Assembly (NCBI GenBank): GCA_963693365.1
Contig: CAVNZM010000006.1
Location: forward strand, 3,741,767-3,805,766
Direction of reading: 5' to 3'
Origin: Amoebidium appalachense
Lineage: Eukaryota > Protista > Ichthyosporea
DNA: 64,000 nucleotides
The position numbers and the translations under genes are program-made. This document shows, piece by piece, positions 1 to 20,820 of this stretch (position 1 is the stretch's first letter; every line of letters begins with the position of its first letter). The notes under the pieces are model-generated. The model had not been told where the DNA came from, did not search any database, and saw nothing but the letters and a program-made list of their open reading frames with translations.

Positions 1-479
1 TAAGACGCTGGATCCAGAGAGAATGACCGCATAGATTTGCCCTGAAAATAATCCTACAAGTAAATTGGGGGGCAATTACTTAACAAAGTTTCAATGTCAG
101 CCCCTGGTAAGGTCATATTCTACCCTCTCTATAATTGCTTATGCTAAGCAAAAGATGGGCACCTCAACCGAGGCCTACCACTCCCCCGGACGAATATTTT
201 ATTAGGTGATTACCCCCCACTTTATAAGTGAATTTTCATTTTCTCCCAAAGTTTATGGGGTTAATCGTCCAGGATCTAGGCGGGGTTTATAGTGCAAATT
301 GAACTTTCGGACAATTCGGCATCAATTGATCGACTGGATCAATTATGGAATTTGGTCTCAATCCGTTGCGCACCCCCAATTTTTTAACTAAAATCCATTC
401 CCTGAGTCTCCTTAAGTTGAAAGGGGAAGAGGAGGGGGGGAGGGGGGGGGGGGGGGGGGGGGAGGAGGGTAATACACAC

Positions 480-6047
<5,568 letters not shown>

Positions 6048-6706
6048 GTTTAGAACTATGTGCTTCCTGAGGCACACACATCTACAAATTTAACCTCGTT
6101 AACAGTCCTATATCGGTGCCTAAACCCATATGTCCAGCTTTAAAATGTTGAATAACCTTTGTATCATGTGGGTAAAGCTGTTGACTGGGTGGAGAAAAAT
6201 GTGACTGTTGCCACTGAGACAGACAGCACAGACAGTCCGTCGCAGCGCTCACTTCTTTTTGTGATGACGGTGTCATTTTTTATCACGGGTGAATCGCGAT
6301 CATTGGTTGGTAGGCTCCGAGTCTAAAAATCTGGCCGCATATAATTGGTTTAGCGAGCACCACCTGCCATATATGGTTAGTTGTGGAAATTCCTTGCAAG
6401 CTGACCATGGCGAGGCCATGGGCGAGTTCAGTGGGCGACTTCTAGATCTTAGATCTTGGGAGAGTCAGTCTGCTCACTGCATCATGAAGGGGGGGGGCAG
6501 CTGGAGTAGGTATGTACCAGGCTAAAAGCTCTGCTGCAGGCTGTACACCCCGGTACGTGACGGTTGTGGCACTGCAGAGCCAGCCACCTGACACCACCCT
6601 CCCCCCCCCCCCCCCCCCCCTCTTCCCCCCCCCCCAAAAAAGCACACACGCACACACACTACAGTACGTGACATACAGTGACACACACACACACACACAC
6701 TCAGAG

Positions 6707-7165
<459 letters not shown>

Positions 7166-8173
7166 CCCCCCCCCCCCCCCCTTCAAGTAGCGTCTGGCAC
7201 CATCGAAAAAAATTTCAGTAGGGCCCTGGCAGTGGCCATGGCCACATGATTCCCTACATGCTCCCTGCAATGCATTATATGGCATCTGAACTGCTTCAAC
7301 CGTGGCCACGTGCACCATGGTAGTACCATCGCACGTAGACATATGTATGTGTGTAGTAGCTACGGTATCGTGAAAGAAAATATTAGACAACGATATCATG
7401 GTTCATGGTTAGCTAAACGTGGGCACACACACGCATATGTCTGTGTACCATGCATATGTCAGAGGTGAATGATCATCATGTTTTTCTTTGTTTAGCGCGT
7501 GCACGCTTCGATCCCCCCCTCCCCCCCCCCCCCCCCTCCCCCCTCCCTCCTCCCCCCAAGGTGCAACTGTGGTCTCAAACTTGTTCACATCCGATTTCGC
7601 TGGCTCATCAAGCTTGTATACGTGGATGCCTTGTCTGTGTATTGAGGGAAGGGGGGAATTGCGGAAGGCTCAGGTATCTATGTAGAACAAGTACCGTTGG
7701 GGGAAAGGTAGGGAGATACCGAGAGCGCGGGGGCGGGGGGGGGGGGGGGGGGGGGGGAGGGGGGAGTAAATACTGGAGAAGGATAGAAACCGTTGACGTC
7801 GACGGAGAAAGAACTAATATTAGTGAGAGGCTGGGGAGTGGGAGAAGGAGGGGGGAGAGGACCCTCGACCTATATATGATATGACATCCCCTAGCAGAAA
7901 TGCGCTGTGCCTGTGGTGTATCTACCTACATGGATTTGTATACTTGAAAGCCCCGGGCATTACATCTTGCATTCTGTGGGCAACTGTGTTGTCCTGAGTC
8001 CCTGCAGGTAATGCGCAGGACAACCGAGTGAAATAAAGAAAAGAATAACCCTGGATATTACGTATTGCATCGAATAAACATCACTCGGTGACATCTTCAA
8101 ACAGCCACGAGACGGTCTCAACCGGTCTTTTTCTCTTCTGACACTAAGAGGAATTCTCTGCGTATTTGTGGGG

Positions 8174-8210
<37 letters not shown>

Positions 8211-8211
<1 letters not shown>

Positions 8212-8556
8212 GACAGCATTGCGGAGGGGCGTCTGCAGAGGGGTCATTTTTTTACCCCTCCCCAAAGTCACCCCTCCGCGCACTTGCGGAGGGGGTGCGG
8301 AGGTGTTTTCATGAACTTGCGGAGGGGTTTGACGGTTTTGCGCAGGGGTAAAAGTAAGGTTGCGAAGGGGTTTTCTTACTTTGCAGAGGGGTGGACCCCT
8401 CTGCACCCCAGATGTTACCCCCTCCGCCCACCCCCATCCGCCCCTCCGCAAGTGTCAGAATTCACGAAGCAGAGGGGTTTCAAGGAAGGGTGCCAAAAAA
8501 AAAAGACTCTGCGGAGGGGTTCCAAAAATATATCAAAAGTCCACTGCAGAGGGGTG

Positions 8557-8610
<54 letters not shown>

Positions 8611-9569
8611 CCTTGGGGCCGGGCCAGTTCGCGCATGATGTGAACTAAAGGCATTGTTCTTTACGCAAAAAGGTAAACATTTTTATAATGTGTAGGAGTA
8701 TAAGTGCCTTTAGGATTCAGGGGTCCTGAAGCTATCAATTAGAAGGTTATTTATTATATTTGAATGAATAACTAAGATACTTCGAAGGAAAAAGAGTGCG
8801 CGCCCGTGCGCCTACGAAATATCTTGTCGCTAAGGTATGTCTATTTTATATTTTAGGGTATTATGATTGGCGCGATTTGAGATTTAGAGCTGTAACCAAT
8901 CAGACAAATTGTATTCTTAAATTCAATCGTTATTGGATACATGTCACGACATATTGATTCCGGTAAGGAATGACATACCAGCACATGTGCGGCCACGTGA
9001 TTCATCACTTATTGCAGGCTGTGTTTCGCTTTCTATATGCCGGTCGGTGTGACACACATCTATCAAGGAAATTAAAAATTGATTGAACATTGAACGCAAA
9101 AACGCTCCTTAAAAAAAAGAAAACTAACACCAAATACTTCATTTTGGCTGGATACTTCCGGAGATCTATGTAGATCCAGTTCGGCGGCACCACGTGTGCA
9201 CGTGGCACGGCCACCTACCGGCGCCGGCTGCGCAGTAGGTGACTACACAGTGCCCCCCCCTCCCCCCCCCCCCCCCCCCCCGGAGGAACCCCTCTTCCCC
9301 TCAAAAGTTGCCCCTCCGCAGTGCAACATTTTCGTCCCGCCCCTCTGCTCACCCCTCTGCAAGGTCTTTTTTGGCACACGCAGAGGGGTGTGCGGAGGGG
9401 TTTTTATAGCTTTGCGGAGGGGTGGGCGGAGGCAACCCCTATAAAAACCCCTCCGCACCCCTCCGCGAAGTCATAAAACCCCTCCACAATGTCGTTTTTT
9501 CGGCACGGAGGGGTGACTTTGCGGAGGGGTCAAATTCACCCCTCCGCAACGCCCCTCCCCAAAGTGCGC

Positions 9570-9573
<4 letters not shown>
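8211..9573. mobile_element. Putative non-autonomous DNA transposon with long imperfect inverted arms built from GCGGAGGGG/CCCCTCCGC motifs
   Basis: The left end ttgcggaggggcgtctgcagaggggtca...acccctccccaaagtcacccctccg matches the reverse complement of the right end. Arms at ~8211-8560 and ~9280-9573 flank an AT-rich core. No transposase is seen. Confidence 0.65.
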
Positions 9574-9625
<52 letters not shown>

Positions 9626-10720
9626 CTGACAATGAGGGGGCCCTGTTTATATCAATTCAGCTTTGAATTCATAGTGCGAACTTTCCCGTTTCCGTACTTT
9701 TTTTTGGTTGCACATGCACAAAAGCCTAGGTTACTTGGCGCGTTATGGTCACGTATGATACCTACCACTACTAAGTTAATTAATTAACTCAGAACAGCAA
9801 AAGAATTCAAGTGCTACCAAATGGGATTTACATTCACTTCAGGAGCTAGAAAAGGTAAGTCACAGGTTAACTATTCATGGTGTTTATTTTTTACGTAACC
9901 AAAATGCCGTTATGTGCCATTTTGCAATTGTTTGCCGAAACCCGCAACCACACATGTATTTCAATACTACCACATATTTAATTACTAAGTTGTTTATTTG
10001 TTTTTTATTTTACTGGTAATTAATTTTTATTTTTATTTTTATTTTTATATTATTTTTATTTTTTATTTATTTTTTATTTGGGGGGGGGGGGGGGGGGGGG
10101 GGGGGGGAAGGGGGGAGGAGGCCCTGGGGGAAGATTTCTTTTAGATTTTTAAGAATACTGCAGTAGACAAAGGTATTGTACAGGGGGACACCAGTAACAT
10201 TCAAATTGGGCGGTGGTCTAGATATCCTTGCGATTGGTGGGCAGTGAGAGTCACAATGTACGTGTGTGTGTGTTATGTTTTTTGTTTGTTGATGTTGGGT
10301 CCATGGCCACCCAGTGGGGAACACGCGGGAAAGGGGGAGGGGGAGGGGGGGGGAGGGGGGGCGGGGGGAGGGGGGAGGGGGGAAAGAAGGAAGAGGGGGG
10401 AAAGCTTAAGGTGGAATGTGGGTCCTGCACACTGGCAGGCCTAGTGGTTTATGTTTGAGATGTAGGCTAGGGAGGGTGTTCGAAGTAGGCATTGGCAAGA
10501 GGACCCCTAGAGCCGATCTAAGCATACGTACCTGACTGATGAAGGTTGCTTGTCAATCAAATTTCTAGGCCTTTAGTTTTTTAACTTAATAGTTAAACTC
10601 GACTCATCGTCCGATTTTCTGTGTCAACCTTGTAAGCAAGGCGATTTTGGAATATGGGCTTTGACCAGCAAATGGGAGGTGAACATTAGAGAACATGATG
10701 ACATGATGTTAGAACGACAA

Positions 10721-10761
<41 letters not shown>

Positions 10762-11101
10762 GCACGGGCGCACAGGCGCGCGCACACACAACATAGTACA
10801 CAACATGAACATCAGCGCGCACATGCGCCCATTGCTCAAGCTGTTAACCAGTCGAATTATGGCCAAATCTGGTGGGATACCGCAGCCACAACCTCGGCTT
10901 TCTTAAGCTTCCTTGTTTCTTCATACCCTGGCACATTTCTTCTCCCCTTCCCCTCTATTTGAAATTCCTTAGGCATTTTTTCACTTCAAAATTTATGGGA
11001 CTCATCACTCTGTCTTCGGCATTTATTTCAGTTAAGACTGGTTGAGTTCCAGGAGCAAAGGTTCCCGGCATAAATCTGAGTCCGAGAGGAAGGAGGGGCA
11101 C

Positions 11102-11135
<34 letters not shown>

Positions 11136-11697
11136 GGGGGTAAGACCGGGTGTGGAGGGGGGAGGGGAGGTCCAATGGGGGAGAGGGGCTGGGAGGGGGG
11201 GGGGGGGGGGGGGGGGAAGGGGCACACGTATGAGTTATTATGTTCTACAGTAAAATGTCTGAGGAGCAGGATGTTGTATACTAATCCCCCCCCCCCCCCC
11301 CCCCCCCCCCCTTCCTCCCCCCGGCGGGCCCCCGCACGCCCCCTGCCTGAACACACCCGGCCACGTCACCTAAAAACCAACTCCTCTTATTTGCCACACC
11401 CGCCCGTTGGAGTATTTTGCACCATTCTTGCAGCAATTTCATCATTATGCTGGCTCGAATTCCACTATAGATTACGCTCCCTACCCCTGCAGTCATCTCA
11501 GTCTCCCTCTCCGAGCTCCGAGGCTCTCTCTCTCTCTTTTTTTTTTTTGCCTCACCCCCCCCCCCCCCCCCCCCCCCCCACACACCCACCCACCCTCCTT
11601 CCTCTCTCTCTATCAGGCCCGTGCGCCATTCCTGTTGTCCAATGAACAATGATTTCTCGTCATGTATACGTATATCCCTTCCTTCCCCCCTCCCCCC

Positions 11698-11740
<43 letters not shown>

Positions 11741-12200
11741 GGCCCCCCAAGGCCCTGTGTACGTCAATTTAGATTTGCTGAAGCTTTCGTGCTTGTGTGC
11801 TAAACGTTTTTCATGTTCTTTTGTCTTTCCCCCCCCCCCCCCCCCCCCCCTAGCTTCAGAATCTCTCCTCTTATCTGGCGTGTCTGCTCCTCCCTAACAA
11901 AGGCTCCCCTCAATGACATTCGTCTTTTTCGTTTTCATTCTTTCTCTCAGTTTTTGGTTGATCCTTACACCCACACAGAAAAACACATCAAAATAGCCAC
12001 ACCAACACCTAGAAGTGGCACCCAAGTACACATACGAACAAACAGTTTCACACAGAACGCGCACATGCACATGTAGAAATACTACACACACACGCACAAG
12101 AACAACACAAATATACATGTCACACACACACACTGTACACACACGCACACAAGCAAACATACATGCAAGCCCAAGTGCACACACTTACACTCAAACGCAC

Positions 12201-12250
<50 letters not shown>

Positions 12251-12654
12251 GACAGACACACAGACACACACAGAGCCTCTACACCGTGGCACCCGCCACA
12301 CGCACCGCGTACGCATGCGCAAGCTGGGTTATTAAACTCCGATCAGGAATCATACCGTGGTTTCATAAGAGCATTCGAGCTCATGCAAGGGAGCGTGCAA
12401 AAACACCACTACCGTAACGTAGAACACGTACACGCTGTATTTACGAAGCCGGGACACTGTACCTACTGTAACATGGGACACTGTACCTATGTACGTGACT
12501 GTATCTGACCCTCTCGTTCCAAAAAACCCGTGGGGGGATTTTCTTTGCAAGAATGTTCGGCCTGTGTGTGTGCATGATTGGTTTGCACACATCACTTGCC
12601 CCCTCCCCTCCCCCTCGCCCCCGGCCATATTCTGGAGAATACGTTATACCTTCA

Positions 12655-12685
<31 letters not shown>

Positions 12686-13693
12686 TGCCATTTGGTAATA
12701 CATCGGGCTTCTGCTGTGCTTGTGTGCTTATGTACACGTGCAGTGCAGGTGTTTTTGGTTGGACGGTGCAAGCATACCGTGCAAATACCTCCAAGTTGTG
12801 CCCAGACATAATTATAACATTTAGCCACAGTACAGACATGCATTGACGTCACACAGGGCAGAAATCACCTGCACACTGCCAACAGCAACACTGTATATAC
12901 CATTTCGGCCATTCTCCCCCCCCCCCCCCCCCCCCCCCCCCCACCCCTCCATCCCCCCCTCCCCGCACACACAAGTAAAAGGAAGAACAAGACAACAAGC
13001 ACGAGACCCATGCCACACATCATCTGAGAGCCCCCCCCCCCCCCGCCTCCCGGGAAATCGATGCACACTGAGCCAGGCAGAAAAAAACAAAAAAGATAAG
13101 TCCCAAATGAGCAAGAATATATTTCAATCTCCTGAGGTCCTGCATTACAAACCGGAGTTAAAAAAACCCCTTATGTATCCTCTACCTTGGCAAAAAAAAT
13201 AAATAATTATGAAATTCTACGCGCGTCTCGTCTCGGAAATGTAACACCGACACAAAAACCTTGTGAAGTGTGAGAAGACCTAAGCCTACCATTGTGCTCG
13301 TTGCCATATAACGTAAAGTGGTGGCTGCACTTGTCATTCTCACGGCCCAAAATTTCAATCACAATCGACAATCGATCATAATCGCAAAAAAATTCACAAA
13401 CATACCTCTCGCTGCACTAGCTACGGTGAAAAAGGTAAAACTTCAACACCATTCATTTTTGACGCGTCGAATCACAACCTTCATACAAAACACATTCATT
13501 AGTCCACCACGCCACATGCAGATCCCTCTCTTACGTCACCATATCAACGGGCTGTGCAGCTATTGTCGTGTCCGTAACCATGGGGGGTAGGGGTCGCGTC
13601 ATCAAGGACTACCTTCTTGGCCTCTTGTACGTTGGGGCTGGATGGGTTTGAATCTGTAGACTCGCTGCCTTGGTCGGATCGGTCTGTGGATGC

Positions 13694-13729
<36 letters not shown>

Positions 13730-13842
13730 TGTGTGTGGTGTTGGGGGTGGTGGGAAGGGGAGGGGGAGGGGGGAGGGGGGAGGGTTAGAATATGTTACAG
13801 AGCACGATGTGCGCATTCGGAACGGACGGGGGGGGGGGGGGG

Positions 13843-13925
13843 TTTGAATGCGGAACACGGTACAAAGTACGCATACACGACGAGAAGCATGGTGCAGGAC
13901 ACATGCAAAGGCAAACATTCAAGTA
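13843..13925 (+). repeat. Truncated third copy of the 182-bp repeat
   Basis: tttgaatgcggaacacggtacaaagtacgc...caaacattcaagta matches the start of the copies at 819 and 1257; flanked by G runs. Confidence 0.85.
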
Positions 13926-14984
13926 GGGGGGGGGGGGGGGGGGGGATAACAACACGGGCATGAAGAAGTATGTAAAGTCAAGCGCAGGAACACGAAGATG
14001 GGTCACAAGAGGTTCGTGAGAGACAGGGGTGAACATGAAGTAGTGGCGTGTGTGTGTAAGCGTATGTGTATGCGTGTGCGTGTGTGTGGTCGTGTGTGCG
14101 TGTGTGTGTGTTGTGCGTGTGTCGTTGCGTTTGGAAGGGCCAGGAGGGGGGGAAGGGGGGGGGGTTGGGAAGAGGGGGATAAAGTTGTTGCAAAGCACGA
14201 AGTACACATTCACGACAGACAACACACTGCAGATATTGCTTATCATCATTCGCATGCTGTGCAAATTTATTGGCTGTTCTTTCCAATTAAGTGGTGTTTC
14301 ATAGAGGATCCATCCACCTCCCCCCCGCACCCCCCCCCCCCCGTGTAAGTGTGTGTGTGTGTGTGTGTGCATGTATGTGTGTGTGTGAATGTATGGGTGT
14401 GTGTGTTTTAGGGCGGAGGGGGGGGAGGGGGGGGAGGAGCACTCTAAACTTACTGCAACACACTACCAGCTGTCAACACAATACACTTCAGTAAAAAAAG
14501 GAGCCAGCTCACAACATGCCCCTGCCCATTGGTCATCACCCAAGCACCCACCCTGATCCACGTTACACCCCTCCAGCTCCAAACACAACATTGCAACTTT
14601 GGAAGCTGTCAACCCAGGCTGTACAGGAAAAAATGGTGTTCGTGGAAGTTAGATAAACCAAAACAAGACCCCGCCACCACCCACAGACACGACAAGCACA
14701 CCTTTCCTTCTAGCATGGGAGGCACACGTCATGGTGAAAAAAGGAAGCTGGGACATTCAGGAGTCCTGCACGCAAGGGCAACCACCCAAACATCATACAA
14801 CCAGCCAACTCCTTATAGCCAAAGCTCAAAAATGCCCCCCCCCCTCCCCCTCCCATAAACAACAAAAGTCTGAAGTTTCCCTATAAACCCCAGGCCAAAT
14901 ACAATAAAGCTTCCCGTTCACAAAATCTACTACGTCCCCACCAATACCCTTTCATTAAACACGTCCCGCTGCCCCCCCTCCCCC

Positions 14985-15015
<31 letters not shown>

Positions 15016-15192
15016 ACACGTCACATGAACATTGTCCACACCCTATTCCCAGGTTCCCTCGGTTATGCCTTCCCATTCACCAACCCGTTCATCGCTTCCA
15101 CACTATGTGGCTCTCTCGTAGCCCAAATTCCCTCCCTTTCTCCCCACTCCCTCCCCCCTCCCCCTCCCCCTCACCCGCCCCCCCCCCCTCCC

Positions 15193-15295
<103 letters not shown>

Positions 15296-15417
15296 AAGAA
15301 GACACATGAACACCCGACCTCTGCCCAATGCCCAACCACATGCACGCCTCTTACTAGTCCGCCCGCTTTCAATCTCCGTAACCAACAGAACACCCTCAAC
15401 CCTTAACCCCTCACTCA

Positions 15418-15993
15418 CCGGCATATGAGCCCGTTTATTCCTCGGAAAGCGCGTCTTCAACAAGTCCTTCACGGAGTCAGACTCAATGTTTCGTTCATGG
15501 AATTTGGGGCTTCGATGTTTTGGTGGCTCTGGTGCAAACCGCACCTTGCGTGGGGAAGACATGTATTCTTTTTGTGCCCACAAGGGCCTTTCACTGTGTG
15601 ACAAAACAAAACCTTAGCCTTTCACTTTCCTTGCTTCAAAAAGGTTTTTACATAGAATGAACAGAACTCTTTATAGACCACGGTCTTCAATTATATCAGA
15701 ACCAACCACTTATTTACCCTCGCTCTTGCAGAGTCTGTTTGTTTGCTCACGCTCAAGCAAATGTGCGGTTGGGAAGTGTAGCAGAAACAGGTGAGTATCT
15801 TTCATAACGCACCTAAAAAGGCGGCACAAACGGCTTGTAAACGTGGACGAAAAGCAATGCATGAAGCTTTACCTTGAAGAACGCGAGAAATGGACTCCAG
15901 ATCCAGGAGTAAGGATGGCTACGGACCCTCTAGAACCTCCCATGGAACGCTTTCTTAAAGTTTCATAATCGGCTTGCCATTGGTGTATTTGTC
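15418..15993 (-). CDS. Exon-like segments of a hypothetical host gene divergent from HSD17B7 (model unresolved)
   Basis: Microsatellite-free sequence with minus-strand donors (gtgagt ~15417, gtaaat ~15717, gtaaag ~15872) and an open segment ERPLWAQKEYMSSPRKVRF...RAHMP. No family recognised. Confidence 0.35.
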
Positions 15994-16787
15994 TATTGGC
16001 TAATTTGAAACGTTGTTAACCAATGGATTCAGCTTGTGATCACTGATGTAGATGGCAGTTAGATAAATGGGTTGTCAGTTCGAGTGGCTCAATCATTCGG
16101 ATTTATACGTGCTTTGTTTGTTGCAAAAAATGTGCCACAAAGGGAGAGTTTTCTCCCTTTATTACGGCTTTGCATGTACGTTTTTTAACACAAGTTTTGT
16201 TTTCTCTTACCCTTTTTTCCATGGAGAATACAATAGGCCTACAGGTGTCAAATTGCGGGTCTGCGGGGGCACGGCCACCTGTGCTCACTGACTGAGCCTC
16301 ACTCTACGCCGACTGTGCGGTTCGGTTCGACTCGAACTAAAGCCCCACGCGGATATTCGGGTCGGGTCAGAGGCTCAGAGCGTTATCTTGGCGCCATCTC
16401 AAAAAATCGTGATATCATGACCTTACTTTTTTTGACCAATAGGCAACATCTGGGGTTGAGCGCGGTAAACCAACACATTGCTAATGCCAAGAACCAAAGA
16501 AAAAGAAAGAAAGAAACACACACTCTATGGTAGCAGTTGCAAGAAAAGGGCACCCAAAAAAAAAATTCGTATTGGAAATCAACTATAGGAAAGGACTTTG
16601 AAAGCATTATTTGATATCCCTGTTTCCAGCCATGATTCAGGGTTCTAAAATTCTCAACACTGCCAGCTTTTGAGAAACCGTCCGGGGAAGGCGACGAGCA
16701 CAGTAATAAGGCGACGAGAAGGGGAAAGAACCACTGTGCACGCGATACAAAACGACCAACGTAGAAATACCATCTGCTTTGCGAAAA

Positions 16788-17469
16788 ATGGGCAGCGCGA
16801 AGGATGCAAGGGTTGCCGTGCTGACGGGCTCCAACACATATCCACACCTGACTGGTTGGCTGGACCACATCCCCTCTTCGGATGTGGGGGAGCACACCCC
16901 TGTGAAGAGGCAAGATGCAGGATAGACAAGTCGGTTTTGCTCTGTGGTGAATTTTGGCTTGGAATTTTGAGAAGGAGCGAAGGAAGAAGGGGAGGGGGGG
17001 GAGGAGGGGATTTAGCAGAGGAAGGGGGCGGGTATGCGAGGTTGGACGGGTAGGGGGAGGGGGGGGATGATAATCGGTTTGGAGTTTCGGGTGTGTGTGT
17101 GTGGGGGGGGGGGGGGGGGGGGGGAATGGTTTAGCAAGGGAACGGGACGGGTTTCGGTTTGAGGGAGCGGCTGGGGAAGGGTCATACAGATATTGCAAAA
17201 CCACATATATTTGTCTTTTCACCCACTTTCACGACCAACACTTGCCATCCTTAACTCCACCTTACTGGTATCGGTCTGGCCATCGCCCACCGACTCCTTG
17301 GATGTGCGAAGGAGCACAACATAGCTCTGACGGTAAAACTTTCCGTAACTTGCCCTGCCTTACCTTTATGAATCTTTTGCTAACCTAAGATGTTTTCTGG
17401 TGGCCACCATAGGGAAGGGGCGGTATATGGGCGGGGTTTTTTTTTTTTTTTTTTTTTTGGCGCGCATGT

Positions 17470-17534
<65 letters not shown>

Positions 17535-18230
17535 CTATAGGGTCCATTTTTTGGGGAGGAGGAGAACACGGGGCCAGGGGGGGAGGGGGGGAAAGGGGGG
17601 GGGGAGAGGGGGGGGGGGGGGGGGGGGGGGGGCAGCGGCAGAGACACCTTGTTTGTCCAATGCAGTTTCATTTGGGCTCATCACCAAGTTTTTGGTGCCT
17701 TGCCTGTTTTTGAAAAATGGGGTTGGTAGCATATTGTAGGGTTTATGTCCCATGAGTAGGGCCCCCCTCCCCCCTCCTGCCCTGCCTGCCCCAGCTTCCC
17801 CCGCTCACTAGGGCTCGGGCCTCCTCATGGTCAGTAACAGCTTTGACTCCCCTCTCGCTCCCCGGTAATGTACCTTTCTGTTTTTGCAAACACTCCCCCC
17901 CCCCCATCCTCCCCCTGCACTCACCCACCCTCCTTCTGGTGGGACGGTCTATAAATCTCCCCTTCGTTTCTTCCGTTATAGAAAATTAGGCCAGAATATT
18001 AGGCAACAGAGGAGAGGGGGGAAAATTAAACTGACTTTTGTGGCACGACAGACGGTGTTGGCATGCCGGAACATGGAAAAGGCAAAGGAGGCCCAGACAG
18101 AGCTGCTGACTGCTTACCCGGATGCAGTGGTCGAGGTGGGTGGGTCACACTCATGCACGCGTGCTCGCCCACACACACACACACACACACACATGCGCGC
18201 GCGCACACACACACACACACGCATGCACGC

Positions 18231-18291
<61 letters not shown>

Positions 18292-18653
18292 TTTCACACA
18301 CATTCCCGTACACCCACACCCACACCCACACACCCACACCCACACTCCCACACACCCACACACAGACACACACCCCCCCTCTCTTGCATAGGGAGACATA
18401 CACAGCACACATGATCCCCCCCCCCCCCCTCCCCCTATCTAACCCCTTCCCACCCCCCCCCCCCCCCCCCACCGCCGCCGCCTCCTTCCTTCACCCCGTC
18501 ACATCACAATGGAATGAAGGGGGAAGGGGGTTGGGGTGGTGAGGAGAGAGAAGGGGTGGGGGGAAGGGGAGAGGGGGGTGGAGTGTTGGCAAGGGGGAGA
18601 GGTGAGAGAGGAAGAGGACAAGGGGATTGTGGTCCCGGTGAGTGCACCCGTGT

Positions 18654-18705
<52 letters not shown>

Positions 18706-18852
18706 AGAGAGGTGAAAGAAATAAGTGAGGGAAAAGGAAAATATGGAGTTTTAAGTAGACACGTGTAGTGCTGTGCCCTTGCCCTTTCCCTTCTACCCCC
18801 ACCACTGCCTTTGTACACTCTTGTACCCTCCTTCTCTCCCCCCACCCCCAAA

Positions 18853-18889
<37 letters not shown>

Positions 18890-19018
18890 GAGACACACAT
18901 ACACAGACGCAAAAAGGGGGGGAAGGAGGGAGAACCGGGGGAGGTGGGGGGGAGGTTGGGGGGGAGGCATGTACCCTGTCCATGCCTGCCGACACCAGAT
19001 CCATGCCTTTTACCTCAC

Positions 19019-19053
<35 letters not shown>

Positions 19054-19164
19054 CATACACACACACACATGCACACGTCTCGTTTACTTGCTTAAAAGCT
19101 ATCAATTAGATTTGAAATGTGCTTATGTCAACAGATCCCGGCATCATATGACTATCTTATTTAG

Positions 19165-19212
<48 letters not shown>

Positions 19213-20163
19213 GGGCCCTAAACCTCACAGCTTGTGCAATTGGACACGAGCAGTAATCGGTCAGTGTTGGACGCTGCGGCACAAATAAATGAAAGGTGGG
19301 TGGTGTGTTATTGTATTTTTTTTTTTTTTTGGGGGGGGGGGGGGGGGGAGACGACTATCTTGGGGGCAAAGGGTGGGTGTGGAGGAAGCCTTTGGGGTGG
19401 GGGGGGGGGGGGGGGGGATGGAGGGGCACGATCTGAGGAAGGTAGATTTAGGGAGTTTATTCTGGAATGGGGGGATTCATTTGTGAGCCTGTGGACTTGT
19501 AAGGACGTTGGGGGTGGAGGTTAAGGGGTTGAAGAAAGAGCATGACATGGGGATGTGAGTGTGAGGATTGTGGTGGTTGGTGGTGTTGGGTGGGTGGGTG
19601 GGGGAGAAGGGGGGGGTGGGGGGAAGGGGCGGGGGGGGGGGGATTGTTCTGTTTGGTGGTTCTTGCATTCGCCGTCTTGAATCTGGGGAAGGGTGTGGTT
19701 TTTGTGTGTTCAATTCTCGATTTGAATGGTTGAGTTAACGTAGATCTATGTATGATTAGAGTCCGTCATGAATGTGCACCTCTCACTCTGTAACAGATTT
19801 CAATCCCCCCCCTCCCTCCCCCCCCCTCCCCCCCCCCCCCCCCCCCTTCCCCCACACACACACAGACACACACCCCTACCCACTCCGTCTTTTCTGGCTG
19901 CTTATCCCCTCCCCCCCCCCCCCCCCCCCTTCTTCCCTCTCTTTTCTTCCTTTTCCCCCCCTCCTCCCCCCCCCCCCCCCCCTCACTCCCTCCATCCCTG
20001 TCCTTCTCCCCCGCTCCTTCCCCCTCACTCCTTCTTCTGCCCCCCCCCCTTTCCCTTTCTCTCCTTTCTGCCTTCTTTTCTCTCTCTCTCTCTCTCTCTA
20101 TCCTACTCCCTCTCTGTCTCTCTCCTCTTTCACTTTCTGTCCTACACATACACAAGCTCATGT

Positions 20164-20255
<92 letters not shown>

Positions 20256-20329
20256 TCTGCCTTTGTTGCTCATTCCCCTGCCGCCGCACCGGTTCTTGTT
20301 TCTGAATAATTCTGAGTTCTGTAAAGTGC

Positions 20330-20399
<70 letters not shown>

Positions 20400-20468
20400 C
20401 GTACTTTGAAGTGAGTGCCCTAGTGTTGACACATCCTCCCGCTCCCCCCCCCCCCCCCCCCCCCCCCC

Positions 20469-20516
<48 letters not shown>

Positions 20517-20786
20517 AAAAGTGATACAACATACAACACCGCCACACACACATACAAACACCGCTCCCCTTCCCCCGCCTCTCCCCCCCCCCCCTCCCCC
20601 CCCCCCCCCCCCCCCTCTCCCTCTCCCCCTCCGCACCCCCATGCACCCACCCACGTCCAGATATGGTCGCATCGACTATCTCTATCTCAATGCTGGCATC
20701 ATGCCTAGCAAGGGGTTGAACCTTAAGCCCCTACTGACCACCGACCTACGAAAAATGCTAGATCTCTTTTTAACCGGTACCCACCC

Positions 20787-20820
<34 letters not shown>

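Noticed and set aside
91-107. tcaatgtcagcccc matching ggggctgacaatga near 9622 in inverted orientation
   Set aside because: The match is short and the sites are 9.5 kb apart across a host gene; at most ends of separate small elements.
8672-8860. Apparent 22-23-nt GT-AG micro-introns in the core of the foldback element
   Set aside because: Removing them did not give a stop-free frame that I could follow.
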